DNA from: Natronosporangium sp.
GTDB lineage: Bacteria; Actinomycetota; Actinomycetes; Mycobacteriales; Micromonosporaceae
NCBI GenBank assembly: GCA_035306365.1
Contig: DATGOE010000206.1
Span: 5,461-69,460 of the forward strand
DNA: 64,000 nucleotides
Direction: 5' to 3'
The translations under genes and the position numbers were made by a program. This document shows positions 27,326 to 36,003 of this stretch, one piece after another. The notes below the pieces were generated by a model. The model saw nothing but the letters and a program-made list of their open reading frames with translations, ran no database searches and was not told the origin of the DNA. Within the stretch, counting starts at the first letter, position 1; the number at the start of each line of letters is the position of its first letter.

Positions 27326-30102
27326 CCCGCTGCGACCAGGGTGTGCGGGTCGGCCACCCGACCGGCCCGCCACGCGGCGGCGAACGACGCGGCGCCGAGC
27401 CGACCGCGCAGCCCTGCCAGCGCGGCGCACACCGTGCCCCGGTCGACCGCCGGCCGCGGCACGCCCACGGCGCGGCGCAGCGTCACCGCGGCGGCGTGGC
27501 GGCGCACCGCCAGCGCCGTGTCGGCGCCCGCCACGTCCGCGGCGAGCCCGTCCAGGCACGCGGCCGCCCCCACCCGGCTACCGAGCCCGGTGAACGCCGC
27601 CCATGCCTGCCGGTCGAGGTGGGACGCCCGGGCGGTGTCGCCTGCCAGCCGGGCGGTGCGCGCCAGCGCGTGGTGTGACCACGCGACCCCCTTGCGGTGC
27701 CCCATCCGCTCGAAGCGCGCCAGGGCCGCGGCGGCGAGCGCCGCCGCGGCCCCGGCGTCGCCGCGCGCGGTCGCGGCCAGCGCCGTGCCCAGCTCGGCGG
27801 TCGCCAGCCCGAGCTGCTCACCGAGGTCGGCGAAGGTCTCCCGGGCCCGGGCGTACGCGGCCGTCGCCGCCTCGACGTCGCCCCGCAGGTACGCCACCTC
27901 GCCGCGCCCGCAGTGCGCGTACGCCACGCGCTGCAGGTCGCCCACCTCCAGCGCCCGCCGCAGGCTGCGCTCCATCAGCTCGCCCGCCTCCCCGTACCGG
28001 CCCCGCACCGCGGCCAGCGACCCCAGGCGGGCGAGCTCAATGGCCAGCGACCGGCCGTCGGCCAGCTGCTCGTGCAGCGCCACGCTGCGGGCGTACCGTT
28101 CGGTCGCCGCCGGGTAGTCCTCCCGTTCGGCCTCGAGCTGACCCAGGTTGCCCAGGGCCATCGCCCCGCCCTCGGTGTGCCGCTCCCGCCGGTACAGCCG
28201 CAGGCACTCCTGCCACAGCGCGGCCGCCCGGTCGTAGTCGCCCTGCTCCCTGGCGACCAGCGCGAGGTTGTTCAGGGAGTTGGCGGCCAGCAGCGGGTCG
28301 CTCAGCCGGTCCGACAGGTCCCGGCACTCCTGCCACAGCCGGGTGGCGGCGTCGAACTCGCCCCGCCGCCACGACACCATGCCGAGTCCGGTGAGGGCGA
28401 GCAGGGTCTGCCGCCGGTCGCCGGCCGACCGGGAGATGTCCAGGCACTCCCGCAGCGCGCCGGCCGCCACCGGGTAGTCGCCCTCGCGTACAGCCAGCAC
28501 GCCGACGGCACGCAACGCCGCGGCGCGGGTGGCGTCCGGCACGTGCGGTGCGGCCGCGAGCAGCCGCTCCAGCCACCGGCGGCCCTCGGTGAAGAAACCG
28601 CGCACCTGCCAGAACCACCACACCGCCAGGGCCAGGCGCAGGCCCAGGTCGGCGTCGCCGCGCTCCAGCAACCACGCCAGCGCCGCGCGGATGTGGTCGT
28701 GTTCTGCGTCCAGGCGCTCCAGCCATGCCGCCTGTTCCGGTCCCCGCAGGTGGGCCGCGGCCTGTTCGGCCAGCCCGAGGTAGTAGTCGGCGTGGCGGCG
28801 ACGCACCGGCTCGGCACCGCTTGCCGCGAGCCGGGCGGCGGCGTACTCGCGCAGGCTCTCCAGCAGCCGGTACCGCACCGAGGCACCGTCCTGGGTCGTG
28901 GCGACCAGCGACTTGTCCACCAGCGCCGGCAGCAGCCGCAGCAGCACCGAGGCGTCCGCGTCGCCGACCCGGCACACGGCCGCCACGGCCGGGAAGTCGA
29001 CGTCGCTGGGGAACACCCCCAGCTGGTCGAACAGCTCGCGCTCCTCGTCGTCGAGCAGGGCGTAGCTCCAGTCGATCGCCGCCCGCAGGGTGCGGTGCCG
29101 CGGCGGGGCGGTGCGCGCGCCGGCGGCGAGCAGATCGAACCGCCGGTCGAGGTGGGCGACCAGGTCCGCGGGCGGGAAGCTGCGCACGCGTGCGGCGGCC
29201 AGCTCGATCGCCAGCGGCAGCCCGTCGAGCCGGCGGCACAGGGTGGCCACGTCCGCGGCGTTGGCGTCGGTCAGGGTGAAGCCGGGGGACGCCGCGGCCG
29301 CCCGCTCGACGAACAGGCGCACCGCGTCGTAGGTGCCGGCGGTGGCGGCGCGGGGGGACGCCCTGGCCGGAGGGACCGGCAGCGGCCCGACCGGGAAGCT
29401 GACCTCCCCGGGCACGCCGAGCGGCTCGCGGCTGGTGGCGAGGATCCTCAGCGGACCGCCGGCACCGAGCAGGTCGGCCACCAGGGTGGCGACGTCGGCG
29501 ACCACGTGCTCGCAGTTGTCCACCACCAGCAGGCACCGCGCCCGGCCGGCGGCCTCGCGCAGGCTGTCGCGCAGCGCCCGACCCGGTTGCGGGACGACCC
29601 CGAGCGCCCGTGCCAGCGTGCCGCCGACCAGGGCGGCGTCGACCGGGGCGAGGTCGGCCTGCCGCGCGCCGTCGGGGTAGCGGTCGGCGGTGGCCACCGC
29701 CACGTGCAGGGCGAGCCGGGTCTTGCCGGCGCCGGCCGGACCGGTCAGGGTCACCAGCCGGTGGTCGTCGAGCAGCGCGGTGACCTGCCCGGACTCCCGC
29801 TGCCGGCCGACGAAGCCGGTCAGCGGCGCGGGCAGGGCGGGCGCGCCGGCGGCGGCGCGGGCGATCTCGGTACCGAGGGCGATGAGCGCGGTCCGGTCGG
29901 GTACGCCGAGCTTGCGCAGCAGTGCCGCGATGTGGCTCTCGACCGTCCGCACCGACACGTGGAGGCGCTGGGCGATCTCGCGGTTGCGCAGCCGCTCCGT
30001 CACGGCGGCGAGCACCTCCGCCTCCCGGCGGGTGACCCCCGCACGGGACAGGTGCGGGGGTACGCCGGAGCCGGAGCCAGGGCCGGAGCCGGGTCCACCC
30101 AT
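27319..30102 (-). CDS. Large regulator: N-terminal LuxR HTH + STAND (NB-ARC-like) ATPase + TPR repeats
   Basis: TRREAEVL...NREIAQRLHVSVRTVESH; Walker A GPAGAGKT; VVDNCEH; LDGLPLAIELAAA; C-terminal TPR-like repeats (ANSLNNLALVA, ALGNLG). Confidence 0.92.
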   Translation of the reverse strand: MGGPGSGPGSGSGVPPHLSRAGVTRREAEVLAAVTERLRNREIAQRLHVSVRTVESHIAALLRKLGVPDRTALIALGTEIARAAAGAPALPAPLTGFVGRQRESGQVTALLDDHRLVTLTGPAGAGKTRLALHVAVATADRYPDGARQADLAPVDAALVGGTLARALGVVPQPGRALRDSLREAAGRARCLLVVDNCEHVVADVATLVADLLGAGGPLRILATSREPLGVPGEVSFPVGPLPVPPARASPRAATAGTYDAVRLFVERAAAASPGFTLTDANAADVATLCRRLDGLPLAIELAAARVRSFPPADLVAHLDRRFDLLAAGARTAPPRHRTLRAAIDWSYALLDDEERELFDQLGVFPSDVDFPAVAAVCRVGDADASVLLRLLPALVDKSLVATTQDGASVRYRLLESLREYAAARLAASGAEPVRRRHADYYLGLAEQAAAHLRGPEQAAWLERLDAEHDHIRAALAWLLERGDADLGLRLALAVWWFWQVRGFFTEGRRWLERLLAAAPHVPDATRAAALRAVGVLAVREGDYPVAAGALRECLDISRSAGDRRQTLLALTGLGMVSWRRGEFDAATRLWQECRDLSDRLSDPLLAANSLNNLALVAREQGDYDRAAALWQECLRLYRRERHTEGGAMALGNLGQLEAEREDYPAATERYARSVALHEQLADGRSLAIELARLGSLAAVRGRYGEAGELMERSLRRALEVGDLQRVAYAHCGRGEVAYLRGDVEAATAAYARARETFADLGEQLGLATAELGTALAATARGDAGAAAALAAAALARFERMGHRKGVAWSHHALARTARLAGDTARASHLDRQAWAAFTGLGSRVGAAACLDGLAADVAGADTALAVRRHAAAVTLRRAVGVPRPAVDRGTVCAALAGLRGRLGAASFAAAWRAGRVADPHTLVAAGG

Positions 30103-30213
30103 GCCGGAATCCTGCCACCGCCTGCCCACCCGCCGCACCGCGCGTCCAGACGAGAACAGAAGGGGCAGTAGTGCCGCCTTCCCACACGGCGCCGCGCTCG
30201 CAACCCGCTCGCC

Positions 30214-30489
30214 CTAGGCGAGCCGTCGTTGGTAGTTGAGCCCTCGCTGGTACGGGACGTAACCCAACCTGTCGTTGGTCGCCACCATGTGGGCGTTGGA
30301 CTCGGCGTTGCTCGTGACGATGTAGCGCAGGTTGGGGAACGACCGCCGGATCCGCCGGTGCGCCTCGATCTTGACGATCGTCCCCAGCCGGTGCCCGCGG
30401 TGGTCGGGGTGTGCCACCGTCGTGCGGATGTACCCGAGGAGCTGTCCCGCTTCGACGTCGCCGTGGATGTTCACGGCGGTCGCTTCCAT
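30214..30489 (-). pseudogene. Truncated GNAT acetyltransferase (C-terminal part only)
   Basis: VAHPDHRGHRLG acetyl-CoA motif A and TSNAESNAHMVATNDRLGY; only 91 aa. Confidence 0.6.
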
Positions 30490-30659
30490 GACCCGACTGT
30501 AGTGACGGCGTGCACCCGGTGGCGTCGACGCGGATCCCGACACCCGTCGACAGCGCCGCCGTTCGATCGTCGGCTGTCCGCGAGGCCTTTCGTGGCGGCC
30601 ACCGACCTCATATCATTTAATCTTTACTCGTCGATGGATGACCCGCTTGGGGAGCCGAG

Positions 30660-30854
30660 ATGCTCTCACTACTCCTTGTCATCGTCATCGGCGTGTTGCT
30701 GGGCATGATCATCGGCCTCCTGCTCCCCGTCCTCCTCTTCGTCGGTGCCGTCGCCGTGATCGCGTTCTTCATTGCCGACAACACCGCCGTTCCGTTCTGG
30801 GTGGCGTTCGTCGTCGTCGCGGTCATAGGCCTGGTCGTCCTGGCCAACCAGTGA
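30660..30854 (+). CDS. Small highly hydrophobic membrane protein (64 aa)
   Basis: SD GGGAG; almost entirely aliphatic/aromatic residues with GC3-biased codons. Confidence 0.6.
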   Translation: MLSLLLVIVIGVLLGMIIGLLLPVLLFVGAVAVIAFFIADNTAVPFWVAFVVVAVIGLVVLANQ

Positions 30855-30932
30855 CCGACCGGCTGCCGGCGCGTCGCGCACGGGTCGGTTCCGCCCCGTC
30901 CGCGATCGGGCCCGGCCGGAGTGGTACGAATC

Positions 30933-31955
30933 ATGCTGATGCTGTTCGAGCGCACCGTGCGGCCGTACCTGTTCCGCATCGGGGGCGGGGACGCCGAGGC
31001 CGCCCACGAGTGGACGCTGCGCCGGCTGGCCGCCCTGTCCCGGCGTCCCGCCCTGCTGTCGGTGCTGCGGCGCCGCTACGCGGTGACCGCGCCGCGCACC
31101 GTGTTCGGGATCGAGTTCCCGAACCCGGTAGGGCTGGCCGCCGGCATGGACAAGGACGGGGTGGCGCTGCCCGCCTGGCCGGCGCTCGGGTTCGGGTTCG
31201 TCGAGGTCGGCACGGTCACGCGGTACCCGCAGCCGGGCAACCCGCGGCCGCGGCTGTTCCGGCTGCCCGCCAGCGAGGCGATCATCAACCGGATGGGGTT
31301 CAACAACGCCGGCGCCGCCGCGCTGGCCGAGCGGCTGGACGCGCTCGGGCGCCCGCCGGTGCCGGTGGGGATCTCGCTGGGAAAGTCCCGCACCGTCGAC
31401 CTCGCCGACGCGGTGGACGACTACGCCGCCTCCTACCGGCTGCTGCGCCGCCACGGCGACTACGTGGCCGTCAACGTCTCCTCGCCCAACACCCCGGGGC
31501 TGCGCCGGCTGCAGGACCGGGGGTTGCTTGACGCGCTGCTGGAGGCGCTGGTGGGGGAGAAGCCGGTCCTCGTCAAGATCGCACCGGACCTGACCGACCA
31601 GGCGATCGGGGAGGTCCTGCAGGTGTGCGCCGACCGGGGCGCCGCAGGCGTCATCGCCACCAACACCACCCTGGCCCGGGACGGCCTGGCCGGCCCGGAC
31701 ACCGCCCTGGCCGGCCAGCCGGGCGGGCTGTCCGGCCGCCCCCTGTTCGCGCGCGCCCGGCAGGTGGTGGCGTTCGTGCACCGCCAGACCGGCGGCCGCC
31801 TGCCGGTCATCGCGGTCGGTGGCATCACCCACCCCGACGACGCGGCGCGCATGGTCGACGCCGGCGCCAGCCTGGTCCAGCTCTACACCGGGTTCGTCTA
31901 CCACGGCCCCGCCCTCGTCCGGGCGGTCGCGCGCCGGCTGGCTCGCGTCGCCTGA
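30933..31955 (+). CDS. pyrD: Quinone-dependent dihydroorotate dehydrogenase (class 2)
   Basis: [49 protein letters not shown]; exact start uncertain (30921-30939). Confidence 0.97.
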   Translation: MLMLFERTVRPYLFRIGGGDAEAAHEWTLRRLAALSRRPALLSVLRRRYAVTAPRTVFGIEFPNPVGLAAGMDKDGVALPAWPALGFGFVEVGTVTRYPQPGNPRPRLFRLPASEAIINRMGFNNAGAAALAERLDALGRPPVPVGISLGKSRTVDLADAVDDYAASYRLLRRHGDYVAVNVSSPNTPGLRRLQDRGLLDALLEALVGEKPVLVKIAPDLTDQAIGEVLQVCADRGAAGVIATNTTLARDGLAGPDTALAGQPGGLSGRPLFARARQVVAFVHRQTGGRLPVIAVGGITHPDDAARMVDAGASLVQLYTGFVYHGPALVRAVARRLARVA

Positions 31956-32064
31956 CCCGCCGGTCCGGGCGGCCAGTGCGCCCGACTCCTTGGTCCGTCC
32001 CACTGTGCACGACCGGCCGCGGCCGCCCCGTCGGCCGGCGGGAGCTTCCTGACACACTCGGCGC

Positions 32065-33354
32065 GTGACCCCGGAGGAGATCCTCGCCCTGGACCGGGCA
32101 CACGTGTGGCACCCGTACGCCCCGATGCCCGCCACCTCCGACCCGTACGTGGTGGCCTCCGCCGAGGGGGTGCGGCTGCGCCTGGCCGACGGCCGCGAGC
32201 TCATCGACGGCATGTCCAGCTGGTGGGCGGCGATCCACGGCTACCGGCACCCGGTGCTGGACGCGGCCGTGCGCGACCAGCTGACCCGGATGAGCCACGT
32301 CATGTTCGGCGGCCTGACCCACGAGCCGGCGGTACGGCTGGCCCGCACCCTGGTCGAGCTCACCCCGCCGGGCCTCGAGCACGTCTTCCTGGCCGACTCC
32401 GGGTCGGTCAGCGTCGAGGTCGCGATCAAGATGTGCCTGCAGTACCAGCGGGCGCTCGGGCGGCCGCGCCGGCGGCGGCTGCTCACCTGGCGCGGCGGCT
32501 ACCACGGCGACACGTTCCACCCCATGAGCGTGTGCGACCCCGAGGGGGGCATGCACGCGCTGTGGCGGGGCGTGCTGCCCGAGCAGGTGTTCGTGCCCGA
32601 GCCGCCGGCCGGGTTCGACACCCCGCCCGATCCCGCCTACGTCGACGTGCTGGCCGACGCGGTCGCCGCCCACGCCGACGAGCTCGCCGCGGTGATCGTG
32701 GAGCCGGTCGTGCAGGGGGCCGGGGGGATGCGGTTCCACCACCCGGGCTACCTGACGGCGCTGCGCGAGATCACCCGGGCCCACGACGTGCTGCTCATCT
32801 TCGACGAGATCGCCACCGGGTTCGGCCGCACCGGACGGCTGTTCGCCGCCGACCACGCCGGCGTCACACCGGACGTCATGTGCGTGGGCAAGGCGCTCAC
32901 CGGCGGCTACCTGACCGCGGCGGCGGTGCTGTGCACGCCGGAGGTGGCCGACGGGATCCGCTCCGGAGACGTGCCGGTGCTCGCGCACGGGCCGACGTTC
33001 ATGGGCAACCCGCTGGCGTGCGCGGTCGCCAGCGCGTCGATCGGCCTGCTGACCGGGCGGGACTGGCGGGCGGACGTCGCCCGGATCGAGGCCGGGCTGC
33101 GGGCCGGCCTGGCGCCCCTGGCCGGCCGCCCGGGCGTGGCCGACGTCCGGGTGCTCGGCGCGATCGGGGTGGTGCAGCTGGACCGGCCGGTCGACGTCCC
33201 GGCCGCCACCGCGGCGGCGGTCGACCACGGCGTGTGGCTGCGCCCGTTCCGGGACCTGGTCTACACGATGCCGCCGTACCTGGTCACCGACGCGGAGGTC
33301 GCCCGGATCACCGCCGCCGTCGCCGCCGCGGTCGCCCGGGTGACCGGCCACTAG
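32065..33354 (+). CDS. bioA: Adenosylmethionine-8-amino-7-oxononanoate aminotransferase
   Basis: [63 protein letters not shown]. Confidence 0.97.
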   Translation: MTPEEILALDRAHVWHPYAPMPATSDPYVVASAEGVRLRLADGRELIDGMSSWWAAIHGYRHPVLDAAVRDQLTRMSHVMFGGLTHEPAVRLARTLVELTPPGLEHVFLADSGSVSVEVAIKMCLQYQRALGRPRRRRLLTWRGGYHGDTFHPMSVCDPEGGMHALWRGVLPEQVFVPEPPAGFDTPPDPAYVDVLADAVAAHADELAAVIVEPVVQGAGGMRFHHPGYLTALREITRAHDVLLIFDEIATGFGRTGRLFAADHAGVTPDVMCVGKALTGGYLTAAAVLCTPEVADGIRSGDVPVLAHGPTFMGNPLACAVASASIGLLTGRDWRADVARIEAGLRAGLAPLAGRPGVADVRVLGAIGVVQLDRPVDVPAATAAAVDHGVWLRPFRDLVYTMPPYLVTDAEVARITAAVAAAVARVTGH

Positions 33355-33478
33355 ACCGGTCACCCGGGCCGGTCGTCACACCGGGGTTGCGGGCAGCCCG
33401 GTCAGCCGTGGGCGCGCCGCGCGCGAGCGGGGTGCGCCGTGCACCTATGATCGAGGCTCTGGCAATCGGGACGAGAAG

Positions 33479-34438
33479 GTGGACGTGGCCGCACAGCAGT
33501 CGATCGTGATCAACGGTGATCTTGGCAGCGGTAAGACCACCGTGTCGGTGATGCTGGCGCAACGCCTGGGCGTGCGGCGCATCAGCGTCGGCGACATCTA
33601 CCGCCGGATGGCCGAGGAGCGCGGGATGACCGCGCTGCAGCTCAACCTGCACGCCGAGCTCGACGACGAGGTCGACGGGTATGTCGACCGACTGCAGCGG
33701 GAGATCGCCCGCTCCGGAGAGCAGCTGGTGGTGGACAGCAGGCTGGCGTGGTTCTTCTTCACCGACGCCCTGAAGGTCCACCTCATGGTCGACCCGACGG
33801 TCGGTGCCGGCCGGGTGCTCGCCCGGCCCGACAAGGCGGAGACCTACTCGTCGCTCGCCGAGGCCAAGCAGCGGCTGCGGGAGCGCAGCGAGAGCGAGCG
33901 GGTGCGCTTCCTGACGCGGTACGGCGCGGACAAGACCCGGCTGCGCAACTACGACCTGGTGTGCGACAGCACCCGGGCGCAGCCCGAGGAGATCGTCGAG
34001 CACGTGATCGCGGCGTTCGAGGGCCGGCTGGCGCCGGAGGTGGTACGGGAGAACCCGCCGCTGATCCTGGCGGACCCGGCGCGGATCTACCCGACCCAGG
34101 AGATCGGGGTGCTGCGCGACCTCGACGGTGCGCCGGACACCACCCCCCCGGCCGACGAGCCGGCGCCGCCGCTGCGGCTGGGACACGCTGACGGGCACCT
34201 GTTCGTCGTGGACGGTCACCGTCGACTGAGCCAGGCCCTGCGGTCCGGCAGCCGGCTCGTCGCGGCGAGCCTGGCGGCCGAGGGTGACGAGGTGGTGGTC
34301 GGAGGGCTGTCGGCCCGCAGCTACTTCGAGGCCGAGGTCGGCCGGAGCATGATCTACGACTGGTGCGCCGCGCACGGCACCGACCTGCCGCTGCCACCGC
34401 ACCTGGCCCGCGCGGGCGCCGGCACCGTGGCCGAGTAG
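33479..34438 (+). CDS. Archaeal-type (type 2) cytidylate-kinase-like protein fused to a C-terminal ParB/Sulfiredoxin-like domain
   Basis: GDLGSGKTT, VVDSRLAWFF, RxxSERxRFxxxYG, YDLVCDST; tail has IYPTQ and FVVDGHRRL. Confidence 0.75.
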   Translation: MDVAAQQSIVINGDLGSGKTTVSVMLAQRLGVRRISVGDIYRRMAEERGMTALQLNLHAELDDEVDGYVDRLQREIARSGEQLVVDSRLAWFFFTDALKVHLMVDPTVGAGRVLARPDKAETYSSLAEAKQRLRERSESERVRFLTRYGADKTRLRNYDLVCDSTRAQPEEIVEHVIAAFEGRLAPEVVRENPPLILADPARIYPTQEIGVLRDLDGAPDTTPPADEPAPPLRLGHADGHLFVVDGHRRLSQALRSGSRLVAASLAAEGDEVVVGGLSARSYFEAEVGRSMIYDWCAAHGTDLPLPPHLARAGAGTVAE

Positions 34439-34458
34439 CCCGGCGGGGGACCGGCGAC

Positions 34459-35337
34459 ATGCAGACGTTCGGGGAGCGGTTGCGGGCCGCCGTGGCGGCG
34501 CGGGGCGCGCTGTGCGTCGGGATCGACCCGCACGCCTCACTGCTGCGCGCGTGGGGCCTGCCCGACGACCCCCACGGCCTGGCCGAGTTCACCCGCACCG
34601 TGGTGTCGGCACTGGCCGACCGGGTCGCGGTGCTCAAGCCGCAGATGGCATTCTTCGAGCGGTTCGGCTCGCGGGGGATCGCGGTCCTCGAGGAGGCGGT
34701 CGCCCGGGCGCGCGCGGCCGGCGCGCTGGTGCTGCTCGACGGGAAGCGCGGTGACGTCCCGTCCACCGTGGCCGGGTACGCCGACGCGTACCTGAGCCCG
34801 TCCAGCCCGTTGCGGGTCGACGCGGTCACCGCCCACCCCTACCTGGGGGTCCCCTCACTCGTGCCACTGTTCGACGCCGCCCGCACCCACGGCGGCGGCG
34901 TCTTCGTGGTGTGCCGCACCTCCAACCCGGAGGCGGCGGCGGTTCAGCAGGCCCGCACCGCCGAGGGGCCGTCCGTGGCCCAGCACGTCGCCGACGAGGT
35001 CGCCCGGCTCAACCGAGAGTCCACACCGGCCGAGCCCGGCCCCGGTGGGGCGGGCGGTGCCCTCGGCAGCTTCGGCGTGGTTGTCGGCGCCACCGTCGAG
35101 CCCGGGTTGGACCTGTCCCGGCTCGGCGGCCCGGTCCTCGCCCCGGGCCTGGGCGCGCAGGGAGCGACCGCCGCCGACCTGCGGCGGGTCTTCGGCGACC
35201 AGCTGGACGCGGTGCTGCCCTCGTACTCCCGGGAGGTGCTGCGCGCCGGCCCGGACCCCGCCGCGCTCCGCGCCGCGGCGGACCGCGCGCTGGCCGCCTG
35301 CGAGGCGGTGCGCGGCTCCACGGCGACCGCGCGGTGA
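34459..35337 (+). CDS. pyrF: Orotidine-5'-phosphate decarboxylase
   Basis: LCVGIDPH, KPQMAFFE, LDGKRGD, RTSNPE, GVVVGAT, LAPGLGAQG. Confidence 0.97.
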   Translation: MQTFGERLRAAVAARGALCVGIDPHASLLRAWGLPDDPHGLAEFTRTVVSALADRVAVLKPQMAFFERFGSRGIAVLEEAVARARAAGALVLLDGKRGDVPSTVAGYADAYLSPSSPLRVDAVTAHPYLGVPSLVPLFDAARTHGGGVFVVCRTSNPEAAAVQQARTAEGPSVAQHVADEVARLNRESTPAEPGPGGAGGALGSFGVVVGATVEPGLDLSRLGGPVLAPGLGAQGATAADLRRVFGDQLDAVLPSYSREVLRAGPDPAALRAAADRALAACEAVRGSTATAR

Positions 35338-35382
35338 CGGCCGCGGCGACCCGGCGCGCGCCGTCGGCACCCGGTGCGCGGC

Positions 35383-35470
35383 GACGTGACATCACGTCCC
35401 GACCATGATCGTCACGCCCGACCACGATCACCACGTTCCGGCCACGATCACCGCGTCCGCGACCATGATC
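35383..35470. repeat. Palindrome plus four ~20-bp imperfect tandem repeats upstream of mihF promoter
   Basis: GACGTGA-CA-TCACGTC (35383-35398); units GACCATGATC/GACCACGATC/GGCCACGATC/GACCATGATC start at 35401, 35420, 35440, 35461. Confidence 0.75.
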
Positions 35471-35521
35471 ACGGCGTGGCGCACGGCGACCGTCGGGTGG
35501 CCGACACGGCACCGGGCGTTA

Positions 35522-35550
35522 TTGCCGAAACGCCCTCGACCAGCTAGGTT
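35522..35550 (+). promoter_or_regulatory. Putative sigma70-type promoter of mihF
   Basis: TTGCCG-17 nt-TAGGTT. Confidence 0.6.
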
Positions 35551-35640
35551 GCAGTGCCGATGTACCGCTAGAGTGCGTGAGCATCACAAGTTGCCACCCG
35601 TCGCGCCGGACCCCCGGTGCGCGATACGTGAGGAGAACTG

Positions 35641-35955
35641 GTGCCCCTCCCAACACTGAGCCCGGAACAGCGTGCTGCTGCGCTCGCCAAGGCGGCCGAG
35701 GTCCGGAAGGCCCGGGCGGATCTGAAGGAACAGCTCAAGAAGGGTCAGATCAGCCTGGGTGACCTGCTTGCCCGCGCCGAGACCGACGACGTGGTCGGCA
35801 AGCTCAAGGTCTCCACCGTCCTGCAGGCCCTGCCGGGTATCGGCAAGGTCAAGGCGGTGCAGACCATGGAGCGGTTGAAGATCGCTGACAGCCGGCGGCT
35901 GCGCGGCCTCGGAGAGCAGCAGCGCAAGGCGCTGTTGAACGAGTTCGGCTCCTGA
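35641..35955 (+). CDS. mihF: Actinobacterial integration host factor (mIHF/sIHF)
   Basis: LPTLSPEQRAAALAKAAEVR, LPGIGKVKA, SRRLRGLG; pyrF-mihF-gmk-rpoZ synteny. Confidence 0.97.
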   Translation: MPLPTLSPEQRAAALAKAAEVRKARADLKEQLKKGQISLGDLLARAETDDVVGKLKVSTVLQALPGIGKVKAVQTMERLKIADSRRLRGLGEQQRKALLNEFGS

Positions 35956-36003
35956 TCCGGTCGCCGGCCGGACAGGACGTCGCCGGCCGGATAGAAAGAG
36001 GCG

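Noticed and set aside
27319-30102. STAND-TPR protein as an Avs-like antiphage system
   Set aside because: Effector is a LuxR DNA-binding HTH and the ATPase motifs match common actinobacterial transcription regulators; no nuclease or defence context
35391-35470. Repeat array as a mini-CRISPR
   Set aside because: Units are ~20 bp with no unique spacers of CRISPR length, and there are no cas genes in the window
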